From NCBI GenBank assembly GCA_030622135.1, contig JAUXGL010000003.1, forward strand, positions 1 through 61,902: DNA of 61,902 bases. The letters run 5' to 3'. Numbering within the stretch: position 1 is the first letter of the stretch; every line of letters starts with the position of its first letter. Positions 34,686 through 43,810 of this stretch are shown here, one piece after another. The DNA comes from Deltaproteobacteria bacterium. Its GTDB lineage: Bacteria > Myxococcota > B64-G9. The notes below the pieces were generated by a model. That model ran no database searches. It worked only from the letters and a program-made list of their open reading frames with translations, and had not been told where the DNA came from. Position numbers and translations under genes: made by a program.

Positions 34686-36305
34686 TTAGCGGTAGGGAGT
34701 CTCGGGGACGAAAAGCTGGCTCTGGACGATGGCCTGGGTATCGGGAGCCTGGCTGGCCAGACCACCGCAGAGGAACACCCACCCGTTGCCCAGCGCGGCG
34801 GCCGCGTGCAGGTACCGGGCGGGATCGATCGGATCGGCCAGCGGGTTGACGGAGTAGGTGTCCCGAATCAGTATCACTTCCCCCGAGCCGGTCGCCTGCC
34901 CGGAACCGGTCAGCCCTCCGGCCACCAGCACGTCCCCGGTCCCATCCAGCAGGGTGCAGGTGTGATCCATGCGGGCGTTGGTCAGGTTTAGGGTTTGCTG
35001 CCTGAAGCCGCCGAATGCCCCCCCCAGGCCGGAACTGTAAATTTCCACGCCGGCGTTCACGTCCGCCACGTCGTTAGTGGTGGTACCACCGGCCACCAGG
35101 ACCTCCCCGTTCCGCAGGAGCACCGCGCAGTGGTGCGTACGGTTGACGGCCATGAGCGGATCCGGGTTGGGGTAAAACTGGTTGTCCACCGGGTCGTAGA
35201 TCTCCACGGTCTTGAGCGGACCGGTCGCGTCCGACCCTCCGGTGACCAACACCTTACCCTGGTCGGCGTTGGGATCCAGTTCGGTGGTCGTGTGAAACGC
35301 GCGTTGAGCACCCATGCTGTTGTTGGCCACAGTCCAGGTGTTGGTGCTGGGATCGTAGACCTCGGCGCTATCGTGGTAGGTGACGATGTTCTGGGCGTCG
35401 TAAATGCCCCCGCCCACGACCAGCACCTTTCCCGAGGCAGTCAGCATGGTTGCGGTGTGGCTGGCCCGAGCCTTGTCGGTGACGCCGATGAGATTCTGCG
35501 GGAAGGTCTCCGACTCGACGTCGAATACCTCCGACGAACGCAGCGAGGTCCGCTGGTCCTGCACAATCCCCACACCGCCTACGATCAGCACGTTTCCGTC
35601 ACGCAGCTTCGTGGCGGTGTGAAACGCCCGGCCGGAGCCGGCGTTCATGGAAAGCGGCAGGCTGCCGGGGCCAACGAGCTGGCGGTGCACACCGGTTTCG
35701 GGATCGAAGATCTCCGCGGTGGCCAGAATCTTCTCCACCTGCCCGATCCGGCGGATGCCGCCGACGATCAGCACGCGGCCGTCGTCCAGCCGGGTGGCGG
35801 TGTGCCCGAAACGACCGCCATCTTGCTCCATGGTCGAGCAGGTGCCGACCTCGCTCCCCTGGAGATGGGTGGTCTCCACGAAACCGTTGATGGTGCCGAG
35901 CAACAGGTTGAAAGTCCCGCCCCCGCTCTCGTCCAACAATAAAGCCGGGGAGGTGGCCCTAGCCACCGGGGGATTGGCCCGGTCCACGTAACACTGCACG
36001 TCCACGATCCTTCCGGGCCCGAGCAGTTCCGAGCCCCCCACGTTGCAGTTTCCCAGGTCGATGCCGCACTCTCGCGCCAGCGGGCCGGGGTAGTTACCCG
36101 GATACAGATCGTCACGCGCACTCAGGGAGGAGACCACCAGCCGAATGAATTGGCATCCCTCCTCGTAAAGCACGTCGCTACTGCAGGGATCGATCAGGTT
36201 GAAGGTGACATTCACGTCGGAACCACATCTGGGTACCATGAGACCCAACAGCACCACCGGCAACAACCTGTAGAGTGGAACTCTGCGCGTGGGACTGTTT
36301 TTCAT
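34686..36305 (-). CDS. Kelch-repeat beta-propeller lipoprotein
   Basis: Signal/lipobox ...LLGLMVPRCG. Repeated units of the type R.GHTAT.L.DGRVL(I/V)VGG (RFGHTATRLDDGRVLIVGG, RAFHTATKLRDGNVLIVGG, HHCAVLLRNGEVLVAGG). Confidence 0.8.
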   Translation of the reverse strand: MKNSPTRRVPLYRLLPVVLLGLMVPRCGSDVNVTFNLIDPCSSDVLYEEGCQFIRLVVSSLSARDDLYPGNYPGPLARECGIDLGNCNVGGSELLGPGRIVDVQCYVDRANPPVARATSPALLLDESGGGTFNLLLGTINGFVETTHLQGSEVGTCSTMEQDGGRFGHTATRLDDGRVLIVGGIRRIGQVEKILATAEIFDPETGVHRQLVGPGSLPLSMNAGSGRAFHTATKLRDGNVLIVGGVGIVQDQRTSLRSSEVFDVESETFPQNLIGVTDKARASHTATMLTASGKVLVVGGGIYDAQNIVTYHDSAEVYDPSTNTWTVANNSMGAQRAFHTTTELDPNADQGKVLVTGGSDATGPLKTVEIYDPVDNQFYPNPDPLMAVNRTHHCAVLLRNGEVLVAGGTTTNDVADVNAGVEIYSSGLGGAFGGFRQQTLNLTNARMDHTCTLLDGTGDVLVAGGLTGSGQATGSGEVILIRDTYSVNPLADPIDPARYLHAAAALGNGWVFLCGGLASQAPDTQAIVQSQLFVPETPYR

Positions 36306-36336
36306 GTTCCCTCTCCAGTGAGTATGCTTTTGTCGT

Positions 36337-38019
36337 TCAAGGCGCGGGCCAGCGTGTGGTGATGTTTATGTTGTCGACTCCGCCGTCGAACACGCCGGCA
36401 CCATGGAGCACTCCGGCGGTTCCGCCCACGACCACCACACTCGCGATGGTCCAGAACCACCAGGTCTTGTAAAACGCCGGCCCTCCGTTCTTCTGTTCAT
36501 CGATGGGCTTGATCGTCTCGGCCACCGGCACAGTCGACACCACAATCGGCGCGGCCGGTGATATCGCGCTGGAACCGGTGGTGACCAGCCCCTCCTTGGT
36601 CGTGGTCACTCGGGGAGGCTCCGCGGGCATCTTGCGCGGGGGAAGCGCGGGCGCCCGGCCCGGCACCGCCGGGCCCTTGGCGGGCACGGCAACTCGGGAA
36701 ACCACCGAGGGAGGGGGCGTTGCCGGGGTTCTTCCCGGCGACGGGGCGATGACCCTGGAGGGACCGACGGCCACGCTGCGAATCCCGGTCTTCCGCTTGG
36801 CCGTCTGGACGACCGCCACCACCTGGCCCTTGACCGGATCGGGACACCCCTCGACGCGCTTGTACATGACGGAGGCCATGTTGTAGACCTCCACGCTGGC
36901 GCCCAGCAAATCGGGATCGAACCGGATCTCGGGAAGCGGGCACAGCTCCTGGCTCTTGACATTGAGCAGGAAGCTGCCCACCCGGTAGTTGTCGCCCAGC
37001 TTGGCCACCCCGCCCAGCACCACGTAGTCGGCCCCGACCTGCTTGCCCAAATCGGCGGCCTTTTTCAGCACGTCGGGCGAGATCCGGTTCGACCGGATGG
37101 CCATGGCAATCTCTCCCAGGGGCCCGGTGGCCTTCTTGACGCCGCCCAGCGCCGCCAGCACCCGCTTGCGCTGGGTGGACACCACGGTGACCTTGCCGGC
37201 CCAGGGTTGCAGGCCCTCCTTCTCTACGCGCACAAAATGATCACCCGGCACCAACTCCTTTAACAAGACGGGAGTGGACCCCACCTTGCGCCCGTCGAAG
37301 AACACCAGCGCGTCTTCTTCGTTGGCTACCACTTCCACTTCCCCGCGCCGCTTCAAGAGCAGCTTCTTGCTGATAGCCTCCGCGATGTTGCGAAACATGG
37401 GGGGATACTTCTCCGGATCCAGGATCAGGTCCGGCTTGAGACGGATGACCCTGGCCAGCATCTTGGCGCCGTCCTTCTCCTGGTCTTGCCGATAGTAGCA
37501 CACCGAGAGCATGAGCAGCGTGTCCAGGACCGGCGTGATGTCCGCCATCTGGGCCAAGGAAGTCTCGAACTTGGCCAAGGCGAAAGCAAAGGACTTGACG
37601 GCCCGGTCGAACCGGAGCGCCTGGTAGTGCTTCTTTCCTTCCTGGTGATAGCGCATGGCCCGCTTCAGGTCCTTATCGCTCAGCGGCCGGACCTTGGTGG
37701 TTTCGGCTTCGGGGATGAAGATGGGCCCCTTCTGGAGACGCACCTCATCCGAGTGTTTGATCTCGTTCTTCAGCAAATCGGTGGTCTGGCCGCCGATATT
37801 CTTGGAAATGCCCTTGAACACCGGCTGGTAGGGAAACACGTAGATCTTCGGCCCGGGCCCCACCGCGGCCTGCGCCACCGGAACCGGCCCCGGTACGAAT
37901 AGCCCGATTAAAACACCCGCCATCACGGCGCACAGCCCCCGACTCCATCCACTCGCCTTCGGGAGGATGCCCCGTAGCTTGCCACGGGAAGCTTCACTGG
38001 TAAGCGTCGTCCGGATCAT
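36337..38019 (-). CDS. PEGA-domain protein with C-terminal membrane anchor (paralogous architecture to 10418..11566)
   Basis: PEGA-like VEVVANEEDALVFFDGRKVGSTPVLLKELVPGDHFVRVEKEGLQPW. C-terminal FYKTWWFWTIASVVVVGGTAG. Confidence 0.75.
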   Translation of the reverse strand: MIRTTLTSEASRGKLRGILPKASGWSRGLCAVMAGVLIGLFVPGPVPVAQAAVGPGPKIYVFPYQPVFKGISKNIGGQTTDLLKNEIKHSDEVRLQKGPIFIPEAETTKVRPLSDKDLKRAMRYHQEGKKHYQALRFDRAVKSFAFALAKFETSLAQMADITPVLDTLLMLSVCYYRQDQEKDGAKMLARVIRLKPDLILDPEKYPPMFRNIAEAISKKLLLKRRGEVEVVANEEDALVFFDGRKVGSTPVLLKELVPGDHFVRVEKEGLQPWAGKVTVVSTQRKRVLAALGGVKKATGPLGEIAMAIRSNRISPDVLKKAADLGKQVGADYVVLGGVAKLGDNYRVGSFLLNVKSQELCPLPEIRFDPDLLGASVEVYNMASVMYKRVEGCPDPVKGQVVAVVQTAKRKTGIRSVAVGPSRVIAPSPGRTPATPPPSVVSRVAVPAKGPAVPGRAPALPPRKMPAEPPRVTTTKEGLVTTGSSAISPAAPIVVSTVPVAETIKPIDEQKNGGPAFYKTWWFWTIASVVVVGGTAGVLHGAGVFDGGVDNINITTRWPAP

Positions 38020-38312
38020 GACTCCCTCCCGATTGTCGGGGCAAGCCCCGGAGGTCTGGGCACACCCACTCCAGGGAGATCGGACGTATTATCGCTCTAT
38101 CCGATCTACCACTCCAGGTAGCGAAAAACGCTAACACAGTGGTTTTCAACCTGTCAACATCATCACGCCATCCGCACATCCGCCGCCACGTTGTTTGCGG
38201 CGTTGTTTGCGGTCCTGTTTTTTAGGGCCGTCCGCGCAGTTCGAGGGTCACCGGTGATGACGTTATTGTTGTCTACAGGCCCCCACTTTTGCTATAACAT
38301 ATTCCTGATACC

Positions 38313-39587
38313 ATGCGCGCAAGAAACCACAATTCCGCCTACTTCATCTCCGGCTGCCTGACCGGCAGCGCCGTCACCGCCACGCTCGTCTTCTTCGTGT
38401 GGCTGCAGACGCGCCCCGCCACGCCCCCGCCGGAGGTGGTGGCTGAAGCGGAGCCGGCCCCGACCGCAGCGGCCGCGCCGGAAGCCGAAGCGAAGTGCCC
38501 GGGATATACCCTGGTCGCGCCGGACTGGCTGCCGGCCGCGGAGGGCAACAACGCCAAGATCACCCGGCTCAAGATCCCCCGCAGCCTGCGCAAGCGAGTT
38601 GATTTCTGGAAATCGGTCTGGGGAAAGCGGCCCAACCACGTCCACCTCCTGGTGGACAAGCGACGCCCCTGGGTGGTCCACAAGACGGTGGACTGCCAAC
38701 GCCTGTTCAACTCCGGCACCCCCACCAGGAAGAAGGAAAACCAGTGCGGCTATTGGATCTCTCAGGCCAAGAAAAAAGTCATCAAGAAGCTGCGCAAGCA
38801 GCGGCGCCGGCCACGCCGGGCACTCTTGAAGGCCTTCGGCCGCAACCGCAAGCTGGCCCGGACGGCTTACCAGAACATCATCAAGATCGAGGGCCGGAGA
38901 GAGAACCTTCAAAAAGCCCTGGAACGCGCCGAGCCATTCCTGGCCGACGTCGAGCGGGTTTTCACGGATGCCGGCCTGCCGGCGTCTCTGGCCCGCATGA
39001 CCATCATCGAGTCGCTGGCCCATGCCGGAGCCGTCTCTCCCCGCGGAGCCGTGGGCGCCTACCAGTTCGTCCTCGACACCGCCCGCTACTACCTGATGGT
39101 CCGGGACGGCGTGGACGAACGGCTCGATCCGCTACGCGAGGGCTGGGCCGCGGCCCGATACATCAAGGAGTTACACAAGAGCTTCCGCAACTGGCCGCTG
39201 GCGCTGACCGCCTACAATACCGGCCCCACGCGCCTCAAGCGCCTGATCGAGAAGCGGCGCACCCGCGACGTAGGCAAGCTGGCCGATCACGGAAATCACG
39301 GTTCTTTCGGCTTCGACGGCCAGAACTACTACGCCCAGATCGCCGCGGTGGTGGAGCTCACCGCCAAGTTCGACGGGCGGCCGAACAACCACAGGACCAA
39401 AGTCTACCGGGTGCCCAAGCCCATGCCATTGAAGGAGGTGGCCGCCTGCCTGGAGTCCCCCGTCGAAAAGCTCATCTCCGCCAACCCGGCGCTCACCAAA
39501 CCCATCGCGTTCGAAGGCGCGCCGGTGCCCGAAGGCTACCTGATTGCGGTATCCGAAGACGGCACTAAAACGGCAGCGAACCCATGA
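38313..39587 (+). CDS. lytic transglycosylase (SLT domain) protein
   Basis: SLT catalytic region TIIESLAHAGAVSPRGAVGAYQFVLDTARYY...ALTAYNTGP. N-terminal TM helix. Confidence 0.75.
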   Translation: MRARNHNSAYFISGCLTGSAVTATLVFFVWLQTRPATPPPEVVAEAEPAPTAAAAPEAEAKCPGYTLVAPDWLPAAEGNNAKITRLKIPRSLRKRVDFWKSVWGKRPNHVHLLVDKRRPWVVHKTVDCQRLFNSGTPTRKKENQCGYWISQAKKKVIKKLRKQRRRPRRALLKAFGRNRKLARTAYQNIIKIEGRRENLQKALERAEPFLADVERVFTDAGLPASLARMTIIESLAHAGAVSPRGAVGAYQFVLDTARYYLMVRDGVDERLDPLREGWAAARYIKELHKSFRNWPLALTAYNTGPTRLKRLIEKRRTRDVGKLADHGNHGSFGFDGQNYYAQIAAVVELTAKFDGRPNNHRTKVYRVPKPMPLKEVAACLESPVEKLISANPALTKPIAFEGAPVPEGYLIAVSEDGTKTAANP

Positions 39588-39671
39588 GCTGGGAGCATAA
39601 GGGCACAGGGAATCCTTGCAACCCGTGCCGTCCCGGCGGTACCATGAGGCTAATTTTCCGGGAGGACTAAC

Positions 39672-40187
39672 ATGACCGACGATCCGCGTACCCAGTTCGC
39701 ACTGGCGGCCGTAGACTTCGCCCAGCTGTTCAACGACACCTTCGGAAGCGTCAACCTTTCCGGCTACACGCCGAAGCTCACCACCCCCTCGGGTCAGTCG
39801 ACCGGAGGCGGGGTCCAGGCCCTGCAGCACATCACCCTGGACAACGACGCCGAAGGAAAAACCATCGTGGTGGGCTCCTGCGACAACACCACCAAGCAGG
39901 CCGAGCTGCGCGTCTACGACCACGTGGCCGGCTCGTTCATTCAGCGTTTCGACGGCATGGTCTTCCCGGTCGGCAAGGCCGAGTTCACCAATCTGCACGA
40001 CCGCTTCAAGGATTTCCTGGAGATGCAGGCCATCCGCGTGAACCTGGCCCGCCCCCCCGTAGCCCAGCCCCAAGCCGCAACGGCTCCTTTGGGCAAACCC
40101 TCCCAGGTCCTCTGGATCGCAATCGCCGTTTTGGTCATGGCAATCGCCGGGGGCCTGGTGTACTACTTAGGCTTCTACCAGCAATAG
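39672..40187 (+). CDS. hypothetical protein with C-terminal TM helix
   Basis: 171 aa, with GGAGGA upstream of the ATG and C-terminal VLWIAIAVLVMAIAGGLVYYLGF. Confidence 0.6.
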   Translation: MTDDPRTQFALAAVDFAQLFNDTFGSVNLSGYTPKLTTPSGQSTGGGVQALQHITLDNDAEGKTIVVGSCDNTTKQAELRVYDHVAGSFIQRFDGMVFPVGKAEFTNLHDRFKDFLEMQAIRVNLARPPVAQPQAATAPLGKPSQVLWIAIAVLVMAIAGGLVYYLGFYQQ

Positions 40188-40201
40188 AATAGACCGGAAT
40201 A

Positions 40202-41404
40202 TCAGCCGCACTGGCCAGACTGGTCGCAGCAACCCGGGGTTCCGTCCACCACGCACGGCCAGGGGCTGGCCTCCGGGCAACAACTGACGTGGCCGTCGGG
40301 GAAGATCACCCCAATGGGGGAGGCCGTACCGTTGCAACAGACGCGACAGGTTTCGTCGGTGGTACCATCGCAGCGGCGGGGATTCTCCGCCACCATCGGG
40401 CAGCACACCTTATCCAACGAACCGCAGGCGAGGAACGGATAGGGCGCCTCCGCGGCGCAGCAGGAGGTCTCCCCGTCGGACCACAGGACCGGGTTGGGAT
40501 ACTCCAAGTCGGTACAGCAGGCCTCGCAGCTATCGTCTACGGATCCGTCGATCTTCTTGGGATGATCGGGCATAACCACGCAGCACTTGTTTTCCCGCGA
40601 CCGGCAGGTCATGAAACAGTAGGGATGCTCGGGCGGACACTGCGCGCCGGTCCAGCAATCCCCCACACCCGCCAGAATGCACTGATATTCGGAGCAAAAC
40701 GATCCCTGCGCACACAGCCCGCAGGAATCCCCCGCACAATTCACCCCGCACTGCTTACCGGTGCAGTCGAACAGACAACATTCATCGTTCTGGCAGGTCT
40801 CCCCCGCAGCGCAGCAGACCTCGCCGCATACCTCGTAATTGCAAACGCAGACGCCGTTCGCGCAGTCGTAGCCCGGGTTGCAAGTGCCGCAGTCTCCCCC
40901 ACACCCGTCGGAACCGCAGTTCTTGCCGTTACAGTTCGGCGTACACTGTCCCTCGCATCGGCAGGTAGCATCGTTGCAGGTCTGCCCGGTGGCCGCGCAG
41001 TCGTCCGGGCAGGTCCCCCCGCAGGCGTCGCTACCGCAGCACTTACCAATGCAGACAGTCTGGCACTGGCCCTCGCAGACTCCGTTTACGCAAGTCTGCC
41101 CGGAGCTGCACCCCGGCAGGCAGGTGCCACCGCACCCGTCGTCTCCGCACTCCTTGTTGACACAATCAGAAACACACTCGCACGGCTTCTTGCAGGCGGT
41201 GAAGTCCGCGTTGCAGCCACACTCGCAGTCCCCGGCCTTGTCCCCCCGTTCCCCGCAGCTATCCACCCAGTAAACAACGTCCTCCTTGCAGACGGTATGG
41301 TGGTTCGGCGTACAGTCCTCGGATCCATTCTGGCCGCACCCCAGGAGAAAAAACGTTCCGAGCAAAAATAAAAAGAGTAACCATCTCCTCGCAGGCATCG
41401 GCAT
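40202..41404 (-). CDS. cysteine-rich repeat lipoprotein
   Basis: Lipobox FFLLGCG. Repeated C-G-x-D-x-C-G-G-x-C units (CGDDGCGGTC, CGSDACGGTC, CGSDGCGGDC, CGVNCAGDSC). Confidence 0.75.
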   Translation of the reverse strand: MPMPARRWLLFLFLLGTFFLLGCGQNGSEDCTPNHHTVCKEDVVYWVDSCGERGDKAGDCECGCNADFTACKKPCECVSDCVNKECGDDGCGGTCLPGCSSGQTCVNGVCEGQCQTVCIGKCCGSDACGGTCPDDCAATGQTCNDATCRCEGQCTPNCNGKNCGSDGCGGDCGTCNPGYDCANGVCVCNYEVCGEVCCAAGETCQNDECCLFDCTGKQCGVNCAGDSCGLCAQGSFCSEYQCILAGVGDCWTGAQCPPEHPYCFMTCRSRENKCCVVMPDHPKKIDGSVDDSCEACCTDLEYPNPVLWSDGETSCCAAEAPYPFLACGSLDKVCCPMVAENPRRCDGTTDETCRVCCNGTASPIGVIFPDGHVSCCPEASPWPCVVDGTPGCCDQSGQCG

Positions 41405-41501
41405 GTCTCCTCCCTCGGAACCAGTCTACCACCAGAGCAACAAAAAAGGGACCTCTCCAGAAGGAAAGCCCCTTCTTCAAGTTGGTCCGCGATGTTGGCG
41501 T

Positions 41502-41786
41502 CTACTTCTTGGACGTCTTCTCCAACGCCTTGTCGCGCGTGCCGCAACTGGAGACGTTGGCAGCCGTGGGGCACGAAGAAGTCCCGCCGCGCCTGCAACC
41601 CAGCTTCTTGCAGTACTTGTCCCCGTCCGACTGGCTCATGCCGCTGGGGTAGCAGCAGTACTTCCGGCCCGCGCACTTGCCGGTGCTGTCAGACTTGCAG
41701 ATGATGGCCGGATCGCCCGCCGAGGCCACCGGCGCGAAGGTCAACACCAGAGCTGCCGCCGTCAGAATGACAATGATTGATTTCAT
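41502..41786 (-). CDS. small secreted cysteine-rich protein
   Basis: The ATG at 41786 is preceded by AAGGAGG. Signal peptide MKSIIVILTAAALVLTFAPVASA. 94 aa with 9 Cys in the mature part. Confidence 0.7.
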   Translation of the reverse strand: MKSIIVILTAAALVLTFAPVASAGDPAIICKSDSTGKCAGRKYCCYPSGMSQSDGDKYCKKLGCRRGGTSSCPTAANVSSCGTRDKALEKTSKK

Positions 41787-41820
41787 GTCTCTCTCCCTCC
41801 TTAAAGTGACTGGAAATGGA

Positions 41821-42135
41821 TCAACAATCCGGACCGCCGTGTTCCGGTGCCAAGAAACAGATGCACTCCGTTTTCGGGGTGGTGGCGTTTTCGATGCACT
41901 CCTCCCTGCAGAGAAACAAATCCTTGTACTCCTCGGCCGTGTCGGCCTTGTCGAAGGCGTCGCAGGAGGAGATGCATTTATCATAGTCAAGGGGTTTGGT
42001 GGAGCACCGCTTGACGACCTCGCAAAGATGATCCACGCATTGAGCCTTCAGCTTTTTCCACTGGTCATCCTCTCCGCAACCTGAAATGTTCCCGGCCGCC
42101 ACCACCCAGAGCACAACGAGTAAAAATCGTTTCAT
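41821..42135 (-). CDS. small cysteine-rich lipoprotein
   Basis: ATG at 42135 with GAGGTG SD. MKRFLLVVLWVVAAGNISGC lipobox. Confidence 0.65.
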   Translation of the reverse strand: MKRFLLVVLWVVAAGNISGCGEDDQWKKLKAQCVDHLCEVVKRCSTKPLDYDKCISSCDAFDKADTAEEYKDLFLCREECIENATTPKTECICFLAPEHGGPDC

Positions 42136-42479
42136 CGAACACCTCATTGAAAAACTGTTTCAGGAAACTGGCTTCAGAGGATATATCCAACCGACCCCGC
42201 CGTCAAACCCCAAAAATGTCACAAGGTGCTCCAGCAAGTGTCACAACGTTGATCACATTTATCTATTTGATTTATATGGATTTACACACCCATTCTTGAT
42301 AATTCGGTTGCCTTCGTGTACCATTTACGAGACACGGGTTGGGAAGTCTTAAGGGTGATTCTACTCCAACTAACCGAAATCACTAAAGGTATTCCTTCAT
42401 CCGTCCATCTGGCCCGGTTCTTGTATTACCTAGGGGAAACTGGCTTTCCCTCTACGGGTAATAACAACGGGAGAAAACC

Positions 42480-43766
42480 ATGAAAAAATCGCATTTCCCC
42501 TTGGCGTTGCTTCTGGCAGCCCTTCTGGCCCTTTTCGGTCTCCCGGCTTGCGGACCGGACGAAGGCGTGGGAACCGGCGACAACTCGGGCGGTGGCGGCT
42601 CAGACGATCCGGGTGATCCGGGCGACCCGGGTGATCCGGGAGACCCCGGTGATCCGGGCGGCGGAGGCGGGCTCGATCTCGGCCCGGGCGGCGAAGAGAT
42701 TTGCGGTACTATGAGAATCGGCGCTGACGGCGTGGGGCCCAACATGATGCTGGTGGTGGACAAATCCGGCTCCATGGACTACCCCATCTCCAGCGCACGC
42801 CCGGGCAGAAAGGTCGACGACCTGAAGGTCGCCCTCGATATCCTGCTCGACCTGGGCGATGGCGAAATCCGCTTCGGGTGGATGCAGTACCCCAGCAACA
42901 GTCACTGCGCCCCCGGCTCGGTGTCCATCCCCTGCGGGGACGACACGGTGTCCGACATCCGTAGCCTGGCCAACCAACTATCGCCCAGCGGCGGAACCCC
43001 CACCGGCGACTCGCTGTTCAACATCGTCGACCACCCCAGCCTGAGTGACGAGACCCGGGCCAACTACGTGGTGCTGCTCACCGACGGCGTGCCCACCTGC
43101 CCCAACGGCAACGGCCAGGTGTCCACGCCGGCCGACAAAAGTGCGGCCATCGCATCTATCCAGGCCCTTTACCAGCGCCGGGTCCAGACCTTCGTGATCG
43201 GCATCGGCGAGGACCTGAACAATCCGGAGGGCCTTGAGAGCAACGACCCCGACCTGCTCAACCAGATGGCCGAAGAAGGCGGCCGCCCCCAGGCCGGAGC
43301 AGTCAAGTACTACCCGGCCAACAGCCGCGAGGAGTTGGAGCAAGCCTTGGAGAACATCGGCAACATGGTCATCGGCTGCACCTTCGCCCTGAACCCCCAG
43401 CCCCAAGATCCCGGCAGTATCTGGGTTTCCTTCGACGACAAGTGGATCAAGCGGGACCGCGATCACGTCAACGGATGGGATTACGACCGCAACGTCAACC
43501 AGCTGGATTTCTACGGCCCCGCCTGCGACCGCCTGCGCTCCGGCCAGGTCAACATCATGGATATCCTGATGGGCTGCGCTATCTGCGACGACCCCGAAGA
43601 CGGCTGGGACATCGACCCCGGCGACATCGCCGACAATGACACCGGCGGCGGCTCCGGGGATGGATCGTTCGTGGATCCCGAAGACGGCTGGGACATCGAT
43701 CCCGGCGACATCGTAGGCGACGAACCCTGCGACCCCGCAGTCGACGACACCTGCCGCCCGCAGTAA
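42480..43766 (+). CDS. von Willebrand factor type A (VWA) domain lipoprotein
   Basis: Lipobox LFGLPAC, (DPG)6 linker, MIDAS motif MMLVVDKSGSMD, and a duplicated DPEDGWDIDPGDI motif near the C-terminus. Confidence 0.8.
   Translation: MKKSHFPLALLLAALLALFGLPACGPDEGVGTGDNSGGGGSDDPGDPGDPGDPGDPGDPGGGGGLDLGPGGEEICGTMRIGADGVGPNMMLVVDKSGSMDYPISSARPGRKVDDLKVALDILLDLGDGEIRFGWMQYPSNSHCAPGSVSIPCGDDTVSDIRSLANQLSPSGGTPTGDSLFNIVDHPSLSDETRANYVVLLTDGVPTCPNGNGQVSTPADKSAAIASIQALYQRRVQTFVIGIGEDLNNPEGLESNDPDLLNQMAEEGGRPQAGAVKYYPANSREELEQALENIGNMVIGCTFALNPQPQDPGSIWVSFDDKWIKRDRDHVNGWDYDRNVNQLDFYGPACDRLRSGQVNIMDILMGCAICDDPEDGWDIDPGDIADNDTGGGSGDGSFVDPEDGWDIDPGDIVGDEPCDPAVDDTCRPQ
42606..42659. repeat. in-frame 9-bp tandem repeat x6 (GAYCCSGGN) encoding (DPG)6
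   Basis: Read directly: gatccgggt gatccgggc gacccgggt gatccggga gaccccggt gatccgggc. Confidence 0.9.
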
Positions 43767-43810
43767 CCGGCTTCGCCAAAAACCAGATGGAGAAGAAGCC
43801 GCGTTGGGCT

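Noticed and set aside
39601-39620. GGGCAC-N9-TTGCA upstream of the 39672 gene as a sigma-54 promoter; also TGGCAC hits at 216-221, ~41074 and ~47636
   Set aside because: The spacing between the GG and GC elements is wrong (9 instead of about 5), or there is no TTGC-like -12 box. Most of the hits lie inside coding sequence.
40289-41371. 360-aa plus-strand ORF opposite the cysteine-rich lipoprotein; likewise 42978..43913 (-) opposite the VWA gene, 46374..47429 (-) in an alternate frame of the histidine kinase and 5411..6253 (+) opposite the TIM-barrel gene
   Set aside because: All are embedded in better-supported genes and have low-complexity Ala/Arg/Gly/Pro composition with no signal peptides or motifs.
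42390-42470. Weak TGGCCC-N5-TTGTA element upstream of the VWA lipoprotein gene as a third sigma-54 promoter
   Set aside because: The -12 element lacks the conserved GC and the -24 element deviates from TGGCAC. This is not convincing from sequence alone.
42606-42659. Possible CRISPR-like arrays at the 9-bp repeats (also 51617..51670) and the 8-bp repeat at 48297..48333
   Set aside because: The units are 8-9 bp and directly abutting, with no spacers. Two of the three are in frame inside CDSs, and no cas genes are present. These are microsatellites, not CRISPR.
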